Below are positions 31,165 to 40,420 of a stretch of 64,000 nt of DNA, piece by piece. Position 1 is the stretch's first letter. The number at the start of each line of letters is the position of its first letter. Below the pieces are notes generated by a model that had not been told where the DNA came from, made no database searches, and was given only the letters and a program-made list of their open reading frames with translations. Origin of the DNA: an uncultured bacterium (lineage in GTDB: Bacteria > Chloroflexota > UBA5177 > JANWHV01); assembly GCA_963827235.1 (NCBI GenBank), contig CAWHAE010000012.1, positions 160,001-224,000 of the forward strand, in the 5' to 3' direction. A program made the translations under genes and the position numbers.

Positions 31165-32220
31165 TCATTCAACGTCTCCCTGCGGTTCGAACACGATCTT
31201 CAGACCTCGGCCCGACCCGGCCAGCTCCAGCGCCTCGCCGAACGCGGCGAGCGGGTAGCGGGCGCTGATCAAGGGGGCCAGGTCAATCTGGCCGCCGGCC
31301 ACCAGCGCGAGCGCCTGCCGGCAATCCTCCGTGGTGTTTGCCGTGGTGCCGGTGACGGTAAGCTCCCTGTAGTGGATGAGGTTCGCGTCGATGGTAATCC
31401 GCGACCGATCGCGAGGCAGCCCGCCGAAGAAGTTGACGTGCCCGCCCACCGCAGCCACTTCGAGCGCCTGTACCTGGGCCTGCGGCACCGGAGTAGCCAC
31501 GATGACGGCGTCTGCTCCGGCGCCGCCGGAAAGCTCTGCCACCAGCTCGGGCAGATCCTCGCTCGTGGGGTCGATCACGTGATCCGCGCCCCAGCTCGCG
31601 GCCTCCGCCCTGCGCCTGGCACTGGGCTCGCTCACCACGATCGCGCGCGGGCCGCGCAGCTTCGCAACCCGTAGGTGCAGCAATCCAATCGGCCCGGCGC
31701 CCGCGATGAGCACCACCTGGCCGGCTGTGATGTTGCATGCTCGCGACCCTCGCAACACGCAGGCCAGCGGCTCCACGAGCGCAAGCACGCCGAAATCCTG
31801 GCCGTCCGGGACGGCCAGCACGTTACCCTGTTCGATCAGGGCCGCGGGGAGCAGGACGTACTCGGCAAAGCCGCCGTCCAGCGTGATGCCGAGTGCCGTG
31901 GGCGTCGCGCAAAGGTTCACCCTGCCGGCCCGGCAGGCCGCGCAACGACCGCAGCCGATGTTCGGTGCCACGAACACCGGCGAGCCCTCGACAGGCTCCA
32001 CGCCGTCGCCGCGCGCCACGACCACCCCCGCGATCTCGTGCCCCGGCACGCGCCTGGTACCGGCTGGGTACGCCCTGTGCCCACCGGCGGCAATGCGCAG
32101 GTCCGTGCCGCAGATGCTGCAGGCCATGACGCGCAGTAGCGCTTCGCCCAGTCCCGGCCGCGGCACCGGCCGTTCCTCCAGGCGGATGTCGCCCGGCCCG
32201 TGATAGACCAGCGCCTTCAC
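31165..32220 (-). CDS. Zn-dependent polyol/sugar dehydrogenase (sorbitol dehydrogenase-like MDR)
   Basis: CSICGTD, GHE, CGRCAAC...C, EPLAC, GAGPIG; GTG start overlapping upstream stop. Confidence 0.9.
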   Translation of the reverse strand: MKALVYHGPGDIRLEERPVPRPGLGEALLRVMACSICGTDLRIAAGGHRAYPAGTRRVPGHEIAGVVVARGDGVEPVEGSPVFVAPNIGCGRCAACRAGRVNLCATPTALGITLDGGFAEYVLLPAALIEQGNVLAVPDGQDFGVLALVEPLACVLRGSRACNITAGQVVLIAGAGPIGLLHLRVAKLRGPRAIVVSEPSARRRAEAASWGADHVIDPTSEDLPELVAELSGGAGADAVIVATPVPQAQVQALEVAAVGGHVNFFGGLPRDRSRITIDANLIHYRELTVTGTTANTTEDCRQALALVAGGQIDLAPLISARYPLAAFGEALELAGSGRGLKIVFEPQGDVE

Positions 32221-33251
32221 CGCGTGCCCTCGGGCAGCAAGGTGATCGGCCGCTGCTCCTGCCAGGAGCGATTGGCGGCGAGCACGCCGCGCACGGCCTG
32301 GCGCCCGTCTTCGCCGCTTGCCAACGGCGGCGTACCATCGAGTACGGCCTTGACGAACGCCCGCATCTCGGCACGATAACCCTCGCGGAAGCGCTCCGGC
32401 CACGTACGGTAGCTCGGCTGCACTGCACCGGTCTCCCGGTCCCGTATCTCGAGCACGGCCTTCTCCAGCACGGAGCCGATGATCAGCAGTCCCCTGGTGC
32501 CGAGCACCTCCATGCGCGCATCATAGCCGTAGTCCGCCGGGCAGGTGCCGTCGATCGTGCCGATCGCGCCGCTGGCGAAGCGCAGGGTGACCACCGCGTT
32601 GTCGAAGAAGTCGGGATCGTCGATGCCGTGTGCCGCGCCCTTGCGATTCGCCACCTCGGCGTAGACGCGCGCGATGTCCGATCCGGCCAGCCAGCGCACG
32701 CTATCGAAATCGTGGCTGTTGACCTCGGCCAGCATGCCGTTGGAGCGGCGCAGGTCGCGGGCCCAGGGCGGGGGCAGTCCCGGCCCACGGGTCAGCGATT
32801 TCACGATCATCGGATCGCCGATCTCACCGTCGTCGATCCGCTTCTTGGCCTCCGCGAATTCCGGCTGGAAGCGCCGCATGAACCCGATCTGCAGCATCAC
32901 TTGCGCCTGCGCGGCGGCGCGGATCATGGCATCGCAGTCCTCGACGCTCAGGGCCATCGGCTTCTCGCAGAACACGTGCTTGTTCGCCGAGGCCGCCTGC
33001 TCCACCAGGCTCCGGTGAGTGTAGGTCGGCGTCGTGATCACCACGGCGTCGATCGCACAGTGCTGAAGGGCCGCCTCAAGCGAGGCGTACACGGCGCCGC
33101 AGCCGATTCGCGAGGCCATGCGATCTGCCGCTTCTCGACTCTCGTCCACCACGGCTGCCACGACGGCCCACCGCGTGGCCTCCGCCAGGTTCTCGGCATG
33201 AACGGTGCCGGCGCGCCCGGCCCCGACCATGGCAATTCTCAGCGATTCCAT
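32217..33251 (-). CDS. Gfo/Idh/MocA family oxidoreductase (inositol 2-dehydrogenase-like)
   Basis: GAGRAG, CEKPM, GFMRRF, SHDFD, YGYDARMEV. Confidence 0.92.
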   Translation of the reverse strand: MESLRIAMVGAGRAGTVHAENLAEATRWAVVAAVVDESREAADRMASRIGCGAVYASLEAALQHCAIDAVVITTPTYTHRSLVEQAASANKHVFCEKPMALSVEDCDAMIRAAAQAQVMLQIGFMRRFQPEFAEAKKRIDDGEIGDPMIVKSLTRGPGLPPPWARDLRRSNGMLAEVNSHDFDSVRWLAGSDIARVYAEVANRKGAAHGIDDPDFFDNAVVTLRFASGAIGTIDGTCPADYGYDARMEVLGTRGLLIIGSVLEKAVLEIRDRETGAVQPSYRTWPERFREGYRAEMRAFVKAVLDGTPPLASGEDGRQAVRGVLAANRSWQEQRPITLLPEGTR

Positions 33252-33366
33252 GTCTTCTCTCTACCGGATACTCACCCAACCGCGCTCAAACACCAGAAGC
33301 GGGACGCGGAAGTGCCTGCGTCCCGTCTTCTCGCTGCCCTCGGCACTCGAAGCGTCCGAGAGCCAT

Positions 33367-33433
33367 CCTGTAATTACAAGAATACTTAGTGCCATGCCGG
33401 CCGTATAGTAGCACGGCGCGGCGCGCGTGTCAA
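33367..33433 (-). promoter_or_regulatory. sigma70 promoter of the dehydrogenase operon with downstream operator
   Basis: TTGACA (33433-33428), 17 bp, TACTAT (33410-33405); operator CCTGTAATTACAAG 33367-33380. Confidence 0.78.
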
Positions 33434-33751
33434 CACGTTCCTGCCGTCCAAGCGTGCCCGCAAACCGCGATCCAAACGTCCGTCCGGCACCACCGGACAT
33501 CTCGGCCGCCTCCGCGCGTGTCCGTGTAGGCGCCATGGTCGCCAGACAACAGGCCACTTCGCCGCAAAGCCGACGCCGTCGGCGATTGCGCCGGCAGTGC
33601 GGGGGTTGGCGGCGCACCGGGATCGCCAGTGTCTCGCTCGCCTCGTGGCGACGGACACGGCGGACGCGATGCCCGATCGTTTCCAGCAACAGGCATGTCG
33701 CTGCTCTCTCCACGATTCGCCGGCCCGCTGGATCTGCCACGTTCCCCTTGG

Positions 33752-33812
33752 TTGACAGGCACACCACCCTGTGCTATGGTACCCGCGTCGAAGTCCGTGT
33801 TGTAATTACAGG
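33752..33812 (+). promoter_or_regulatory. sigma70 promoter of the isomerase-kinase operon with downstream operator
   Basis: TTGACA (33752-33757), 17 bp, TG-extended TATGGT (33775-33780); operator GTTGTAATTACAGG 33799-33812. Confidence 0.78.
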
Positions 33813-33821
33813 GTTACAGCA

Positions 33822-35147
33822 ATGAAAGCACGTCTTGTTCCGCTCTACTTCGCGTCAGACAGGGACGACGAATTCGTAGCCCAGGTTGGGCGCCTCAAGG
33901 ACCTCTTGCGCGACGAGGCCGACATCCTCGCTCCCGTGGCGCTGGGTGGGGTCGTGCCCGAGGCGGATGCCGTGGTATTCCCCCAGCTGCTCGGCGACGC
34001 CTACCGCCGCGCGGCCCAGATCGCGGCGCTTCAGCTCCCCATCCTCATCCTCACCTCCGAGTTCGGCACCATGGCCATGTGGGACTGGGAGATCGCCGGC
34101 TACCTCAGAGGCGAGGGCGTGGATACCATTGCCCCCTACAACCTGGATCAGACAAAGCTCGTGTGCCGCGCCCTCGTCGTCAAGCGCGAACTGCGGCAGA
34201 GCAAGTTCCTCGTCTTTCAGGACAACCCGGGCGAGGCGGGCTTCCAGCCCAGTATCTTCAAGCGGTTCTACTGGTGGGAGGACGAGTGTGCGCAGCGGAT
34301 GTTCGCCAAGTTCGGCCTCACTATCGTCAAGAAGAGCTTCAAGGAGCTCGGCGCGCGCGCCAAGGCGATCGAGGATCGGGATGCCGAAGAGGTGTGGTCG
34401 CGCTGGCAGTCCCGCCTGCTGCTCGGGGCCATGCCCAGGCGATCGCTGCTGAGCGCGCTCAAGCTCTACCTTGCCGTGCGCGAAGAGCTCGATCGGGACG
34501 CCGGCGTGCAGGGCGTCGGCATCAACTGCCTCAACGAATCCGGGTTCTCCGACACCACTCCCTGCCTGGCCTGGAACATGCTTTACGAGGAGCGCGGGCT
34601 GATCTGGGGCTGTGAAGGCGACACCGTCTCCATGCTGACCAAGCACATTCTGCATCGCTCGCTCGGCGTGCCGATCATGATGACCAACCTCTATCCGTTC
34701 CTGATGGGCCAGGCCGCGCTCAAGCACGAGCGCATCCCGAGCTTCCCCGAGGTCGAGGAGCCGGAGAATCATCTGCTCGCCGCCCACTGCGGCTACCTCG
34801 GCGTCGTGCCGCAGTCGTTCGCCGGCGAATGGCAGCTCAGACGGAAGGTGCTGGCCATCGTGGACGAGAATGCCACGGCGATCGACGCGCGTCTGCCCGT
34901 GGGCAAGCTGACCCTGGCCAAGCTGGACTCGGCGTTCGGGACCATGGCGGTGGCCGAGGGTGCCCTGACCGGCTACGCCCAGTATCCCGGCTCGGACTGC
35001 CTGAACGGCGCCGTGATCAGAGTATGCGACGGCCACAGGCTCATGGCCCGGCTTCCCTCGCACCATTCCCTGCTGCTCACCGGCCACAACCTGGTCGGCA
35101 TCAGACTGGTCGGCAAAGTGCTCGGTTTCGGCGTCGAAGAGCTCTAG
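33822..35147 (+). CDS. L-fucose/L-arabinose isomerase-like protein
   Basis: GINCLN, GCEGDT and AHCG motifs of the FucI/AraA superfamily; adjacent to a sugar kinase. Confidence 0.7.
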   Translation: MKARLVPLYFASDRDDEFVAQVGRLKDLLRDEADILAPVALGGVVPEADAVVFPQLLGDAYRRAAQIAALQLPILILTSEFGTMAMWDWEIAGYLRGEGVDTIAPYNLDQTKLVCRALVVKRELRQSKFLVFQDNPGEAGFQPSIFKRFYWWEDECAQRMFAKFGLTIVKKSFKELGARAKAIEDRDAEEVWSRWQSRLLLGAMPRRSLLSALKLYLAVREELDRDAGVQGVGINCLNESGFSDTTPCLAWNMLYEERGLIWGCEGDTVSMLTKHILHRSLGVPIMMTNLYPFLMGQAALKHERIPSFPEVEEPENHLLAAHCGYLGVVPQSFAGEWQLRRKVLAIVDENATAIDARLPVGKLTLAKLDSAFGTMAVAEGALTGYAQYPGSDCLNGAVIRVCDGHRLMARLPSHHSLLLTGHNLVGIRLVGKVLGFGVEEL

Positions 35148-35148
35148 C

Positions 35149-36687
35149 ATGGCCGCCCAACGATATCTCGCCGGCGTCGATCTCGGTACCAGCGCCACCA
35201 AGGCGGCGCTCTACCGGGTCGACGGCACGCTGGTGGCCGAGGCAGGCGCCGAGGTGCCAATCCACTACCCGCGGCCCGGCGTGGTGGAGCAGGACAGCGA
35301 GGACTTCTACCGCACGGCGGCCGTGACCGTGCGCCGCTGTGTCGAGGCAAGCGGGATCGACCCCCGCGACGTCAAGGCCATCGCCTGCGACAGCCAGATG
35401 GCGGGCCTGGGCTCCATCGACGAGCACTTTCAGCCCGCCGCTGGTTTCGACTCCTGGCTGGATATGCGCTGCCGGCCCTTCATCGAGTCGCTGGATCGCC
35501 TGCACGGCGATCTGGTCACACGGCTCACGGGCTGCCCGCCGACCTGCGACCATGGTCCGAAAATGCTCTGGTTGCAGCACGAGCAACCGGAGCAATACCG
35601 CAACGTGGCGAAGTTCCTTATGCCCTCGGCCTTCGTGGCAGGCAAGATGGCCGGCCTCACCGCCGATCGGGCATTCATCGATCACACGTTCCTGCATTTC
35701 TCGGCTCTGAGCGATGGCCGTGCCGGCACCTGGTCGGATGAGCTGGTCGCGTTGCTGGGCGTGGAGAGAGAGAAGCTGCCTCGCATCGTTCCACCCTGGC
35801 AGATCGTGGGCGAGGTGACGGAACGGTCGGCCCAGGACTTCGGGCTGGTGGCCGGTACGCCGATCGCGGCCGGCGCCGGAGACACGGCCGCCGGCGCTCT
35901 GGGGGCCGGCGTGGTCGCAGCCGGCATGCTGCTGGATACGGCGGGAACCGCCTCGGTGCTGGCCGGCTGCACGGACCGCTTCGTCGCCGACGTCGATCAC
36001 CGCACCCTGCTGTGCATGCGCTCGGTGGTGCCCGGTCTCTGGCATCCGCTAGCCTACGTGGGCGGGGGCGGCCTCGCTCTGCGCTGGTTCCGCGACCAGT
36101 TTTCCCCCGGCGGCGGCTCGGATTCCGGCGACGACCGCTACGACCGCATGCTCGCCGGAGCGTCGGCGATTCCACCCGGAGCGGACGGACTGCGCTTCTC
36201 GCCGCATCTGGGCGGCCGTATCTGCCCCTCAGAGCCGGCCATGCGCGGCGCGTGGGCCGGATTCTCCTGGGGGCACACCCGGGACCACTTCGCCCGGGCA
36301 CTGCTGGAGAGCGTGGCGTTCGAGTACGGCTACTATCTCCGCATCCTGCGCGAGCACATTGCGGACCTCAGCCTCGTCGAGGCCCGCGTGATCGGCGGCG
36401 GGGCACGCAGCCACGTCTGGAACCAGATCAAGGCCGACGTGCTCGGCGTGCCCTATCAGCGACTGAAGCGCGCCGAGTTCGCCACCTGGGGCAGCGCGCT
36501 GATTGCCGGCTACGCGGTTGGCCTGTTCGACGACCTGGCGACCGCGGCAAGCGCGACGTCGGAGCGTCAGGGCGAGGCGGCCTGTCCGCGGCCCGAGATC
36601 ACTGCCCTCTACGCGCCCCTTGCCCGAGAATACAGCGACTGGCAGGAGGAGCTGTCCGGCACGTTCCGGCGGTGGGCGGGGTCGTAG
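35149..36687 (+). CDS. FGGY-family carbohydrate kinase (xylulokinase-like)
   Basis: GVDLGTSATK, WLDMR, GAGDT, LRWFRD, GGGARS, WNQIKADV. Confidence 0.93.
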   Translation: MAAQRYLAGVDLGTSATKAALYRVDGTLVAEAGAEVPIHYPRPGVVEQDSEDFYRTAAVTVRRCVEASGIDPRDVKAIACDSQMAGLGSIDEHFQPAAGFDSWLDMRCRPFIESLDRLHGDLVTRLTGCPPTCDHGPKMLWLQHEQPEQYRNVAKFLMPSAFVAGKMAGLTADRAFIDHTFLHFSALSDGRAGTWSDELVALLGVEREKLPRIVPPWQIVGEVTERSAQDFGLVAGTPIAAGAGDTAAGALGAGVVAAGMLLDTAGTASVLAGCTDRFVADVDHRTLLCMRSVVPGLWHPLAYVGGGGLALRWFRDQFSPGGGSDSGDDRYDRMLAGASAIPPGADGLRFSPHLGGRICPSEPAMRGAWAGFSWGHTRDHFARALLESVAFEYGYYLRILREHIADLSLVEARVIGGGARSHVWNQIKADVLGVPYQRLKRAEFATWGSALIAGYAVGLFDDLATAASATSERQGEAACPRPEITALYAPLAREYSDWQEELSGTFRRWAGS

Positions 36688-36879
36688 GCGCCGTTCGCGG
36701 TACTCGCCCCGGCGCGATCGCGCCGCCGCGGGCCCTCCGCATGGGGCCGGCAAGGGCCGTCCCCTGCGCGGGTGACTGGCGAATCAAGGGACGGTACACC
36801 GGAGCCGATGCACCCGGCCTCTCAGACGCCTGAGAGACCGGGTGCGGTGGCGGTCCCCACCCCGGGAAAAGACTACCGG

Positions 36880-38103
36880 CTACCGGCCGGTCTGCTGCAC
36901 CACGATGCCTACTACGAGCGGCGTCGCGCCGGCGGCGCTTCGCAGGTAAATCTCCACGTGCATACCCGTGGTGACCGACGTGACGGTCCCGCGCGTGCCG
37001 TTTGCCAGCCTCACGCTCGCCTGTGGGGCAAGGGCGTAGGTGTGCGAGCCATCGCCGTTGGTGAGAGTGAGACTCGTCGAGTCGATCGCGCCGACCGTGC
37101 CCGTGAGCACGCTGTAGGTCGCTTTCTCCGGCGCTGCCGTCGGAGAGACCGCCGGCGTTGCCGTGGGCGCGGCCGTGGTTTCGCCGACTATCACGGCGAC
37201 CACTGCCGGCTCCGAGCCCGCCACCAGGCGAATGTAGACGCGTGCCTGCTGGGGCAGCATGAGCTGGGAGAGGGTTCCGGACTGCCCGTTGACGCGCACG
37301 CTCACCTGCGGGCCGAGGGCGTAGGTGTGCGACCCGTCCGCCGTGGTGATGGTCAGGCTCGTCGAGTCGATCGCCGTGACCGTGCCCGTGATCGCGCTGT
37401 AGCTTGTCCTGGCCTGCGTTGCCGTGGGTGAGACCGTAGCGGCCGTTCCCTCGCCGACCATGACGCCGATCACCACCGGGTACGAGCTTCCCGTCGCCGT
37501 CCTCATGTAGACGCGAGCATAGGCGGGCACCGTGATCTGCGAGATGGTACTGGTCTGGCCGTGGATGCGCACGCTGACCTGCTGGCCGAGCGCGTAAGTC
37601 CGCGTGCCGTCACCGGTGGACAGCGTGAGACTCGTCTGATCGATCGCCGTGATCGTCCCGTTCACCGCCGTCGTGACGGCGCTGGCCGTGGCCGTGGCAG
37701 CCGGCGTGCTTGTTGCCGCCGCCGTGGAGTGCCCTGCCTGGCCCAGCACCACGATCGCGGTCACCGTCGCCGCCGCGCTGTAGCCGTCGTGCACGTAGAT
37801 CAGTGCATACTGCCCTGGCTCAACCTGGGACACGGTGCCCAGCGTGCCGTCCATGAGCAGCACGACGACCTGCTGCGCCAGCGGCAGCGTTCTGACACCG
37901 CCGCTGAGTCGCACCGCCACGCTGGTCTGATCGATCGACACGATCGCCCCGGTAAACCGCGCGACCGACGCCGCGGCCGCGTTGTGCGTGCCGCCCGTGC
38001 CCGTCGAGTCACCGGCCATCGACCGGGATGGACTGAAACCAAATACCAGGCCAACCAATGCCGCGAGACAGCCGAGAGCGATCAGTGTGCGACGCAGTGC
38101 CAT
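36880..38103 (-). CDS. Secreted protein with four repeated beta-strand (DUF5666/OB-fold-like) domains
   Basis: Signal peptide; repeats G(A/T)(I/V)xxIDxTS(L/V)x(L/I/V) separated by Thr/Ala/Pro linkers. Confidence 0.7.
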   Translation of the reverse strand: MALRRTLIALGCLAALVGLVFGFSPSRSMAGDSTGTGGTHNAAAASVARFTGAIVSIDQTSVAVRLSGGVRTLPLAQQVVVLLMDGTLGTVSQVEPGQYALIYVHDGYSAAATVTAIVVLGQAGHSTAAATSTPAATATASAVTTAVNGTITAIDQTSLTLSTGDGTRTYALGQQVSVRIHGQTSTISQITVPAYARVYMRTATGSSYPVVIGVMVGEGTAATVSPTATQARTSYSAITGTVTAIDSTSLTITTADGSHTYALGPQVSVRVNGQSGTLSQLMLPQQARVYIRLVAGSEPAVVAVIVGETTAAPTATPAVSPTAAPEKATYSVLTGTVGAIDSTSLTLTNGDGSHTYALAPQASVRLANGTRGTVTSVTTGMHVEIYLRSAAGATPLVVGIVVQQTGR

Positions 38104-38399
38104 GTGCCTCTCCCTTACTCCACCGCGCGTGCCTCTCACTGCCGCTGCCCACGGCCATGCCGGACCCGGAGGAGTAGACCAATATTAGCCGATAGGATAC
38201 GTCGCGGCTATGACAAGAAAGAACCGCCCCAAATGGCCCAACCCGTACGCGCCAGCCCAAATGGCGCGGGCGCGCGTCTGCGGAGTTTCGCCTCTCGCGC
38301 AAGCCGTCGCGTGTATTGCGGATCTCGCGGCTCAAGATGACGCGGGTTCGAGGCCGTTGCTCAACGGCAACGGGAACGACCGCGGTCTCAACCGGTGCT

Positions 38400-39356
38400 T
38401 CAGCGCCGCGCCATGGCGGCCCACAGAGCGTGAGCCACGAACAGCGTGTTGCCGGGGTTCTCGCCGATGCGGCGTGCCGCGTACGGCCACCACTCAGTGC
38501 CGAACGGCAGGTAGAGCCGGACCGGGTGACCGTCTTCGACCAGCCTGTCCTGGAGATCCGGACGCACTCCGTAGAGCATCTCGAACTCGTAGCTGCCCGG
38601 CGGCCATCCTGCTGCCTGCACCCTGTCCGTCACCGCGGCGATGAGCTTTTCGTCATGCGTGGCGAAAACCGGATAGACGCCGCGCTCGCGCGCTTCGACG
38701 GAGAGGAGCCGGCCGGCGAAGCGCAGGTAGGCACGCAAAATCTCGGTCCTGGAGGTCCAGCTTCGCTCGTTCCCCTCGGCGAAGGCGCCCTTGACCAGAC
38801 GCACCGTGGCGCCCTGCTCGACAAGGCTCTGCAGATCGGCGGGGCTGCGGCGGAGATACGCCTGCAAGGTGACCGCGGCGGGAAGCCCCGCCCGTGCGAG
38901 GCGCGCGTGCAGGTCGAGCGTCGGCTGCACGTACGGGAAATCCTCCATGTCGAGCATGAGGATGCGCCGGCCTTCGCCGGCGGTGGCGGCCACGAGCTCG
39001 GCCACCCGCAGCACGTTGCGCTCGCCCAGCCCAGCCGAGAGCGCGTAGCCGACCTGAGTCGGATCGACGGAGACGTGCACGTCCAGGCCCGCGGCCGCCA
39101 GACCCTGCACGGCCGCGGCAAGCTGCGCCACGTTGGCCTCGATGCGCTCCTCGGCGGTGACGTATTCTCCCAGGTAGTAGAGCGAGGCGGCAAGCCCTCG
39201 CCGCTTGAGCTGCACCGCACGGGCGATCGCGGCAGCCGGGTCCGGTCCGCCCACGAACCGGCGGGCAATCTGTTGGGTGATCTGCTGTTCCTGTACCAGG
39301 CGGCGCATGGTGTTGCTGCGCGCCAGGCGGATCATAGTCGACTGCCAGCCCACCAC
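38400..39356 (-). CDS. Proline dehydrogenase family protein
   Basis: LDMED, TLQAYLRR, VRLVKGAFAE, FATHD, EFEMLYG, YLPFG, YAARRIGE. Confidence 0.92.
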   Translation of the reverse strand: MVGWQSTMIRLARSNTMRRLVQEQQITQQIARRFVGGPDPAAAIARAVQLKRRGLAASLYYLGEYVTAEERIEANVAQLAAAVQGLAAAGLDVHVSVDPTQVGYALSAGLGERNVLRVAELVAATAGEGRRILMLDMEDFPYVQPTLDLHARLARAGLPAAVTLQAYLRRSPADLQSLVEQGATVRLVKGAFAEGNERSWTSRTEILRAYLRFAGRLLSVEARERGVYPVFATHDEKLIAAVTDRVQAAGWPPGSYEFEMLYGVRPDLQDRLVEDGHPVRLYLPFGTEWWPYAARRIGENPGNTLFVAHALWAAMARR

Positions 39357-39764
39357 GCCGGCTTCTCCAATCGCCCGGAAGCTCGACAAACCAAACCGCG
39401 AGACGACCCGCGCGCTCCGCGCGGCGAGCCAGTTCTCGAAGCAATAGATATGGTAGCACGACCGATCAGGCGGCCCGCTTTCGTCACCGATCGGGCGGCC
39501 GGCCCGAGCCGCGATACTGTGGGCACGGCAACGCGCTCGCTCGCCAGAAGCTCAGCGGCCGGCGCTACCGCGCGTGCACGCCGTGGCAGTCGCTGTTGTG
39601 GCGCCACGGGCATCGCACGTCTGACGAACGTTGACCGTGCGATCCACTGCCGGCCGCCGGCGCTCACGCGTGCTGGCGAGCCAGCCGAGAATGCCGCGGC
39701 TTCGTCCATGACAGGCGGTGCGGTGCAGCAGCCAGGACTGGAGCTCGTGCAGGGCATGAACGGC

Positions 39765-40232
39765 TCAGCGGATGAGGCCGCCGTGATAGAGGAGCTCGTA
39801 TGCCAGCCCCTGGTCGGTGGAGATCCACTCCCTGCCGTGGAACCAGGTGAAGTCGCCCTCATTCGTGTCGTTGTACGTGTAGGGGTCGCTCACGTGGCGG
39901 TAGCCGCCCAGGAACCGTCCCTCGTGGTAAAGGGCCGAGAGGCTGGCCCGGATCACCCGCCCGGCCTCGGCCCCTGTGATGGCGGTCGGCTCCACGATCC
40001 GGCCGTAGTAGTTCATGGCCCACACGGCCTTCCGGCGCAGGTAGGCCACCTCCTGGCCCGAAAAGTCACTCTCGCCCACGTAGCTGTCGTGGTAGGCCCA
40101 GTCGCCCTCGGTGTACTGCACGTCGTGCGAATCCAACCGGTACGGCAGGAGCTGCTTGTTCTCTCCCACGTAGGACGACGCTTTCGCACGCACGATGAAG
40201 CGCTCGAGCTGCTCGAGATCGCTCGCGTCCAA
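39765..40232 (-). CDS. DUF5680-family protein
   Basis: AKASSY, YHDSYVG, GQEV, WAMNYYG, YHGGLI; TTG start with GGAGG RBS. Confidence 0.82.
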   Translation of the reverse strand: MDASDLEQLERFIVRAKASSYVGENKQLLPYRLDSHDVQYTEGDWAYHDSYVGESDFSGQEVAYLRRKAVWAMNYYGRIVEPTAITGAEAGRVIRASLSALYHEGRFLGGYRHVSDPYTYNDTNEGDFTWFHGREWISTDQGLAYELLYHGGLIR

Positions 40233-40420
40233 TCTGTCTCCCTCCCCTGTCGTGGCACGTCGCCCGCCGCTCTATTCACAGCACCGTGTGACCCTGCCAC
40301 GATCGTTCGCGTGGGCGGGCGCGCCGCCCGGTACCGGATGCGGTCTATGAGTTGACTGGAGGGTACACGCTCAGCCCAGCCGTGGCAAAGACGGAACGGC
40401 CGCCGCCGCTCCGTTGTCCG

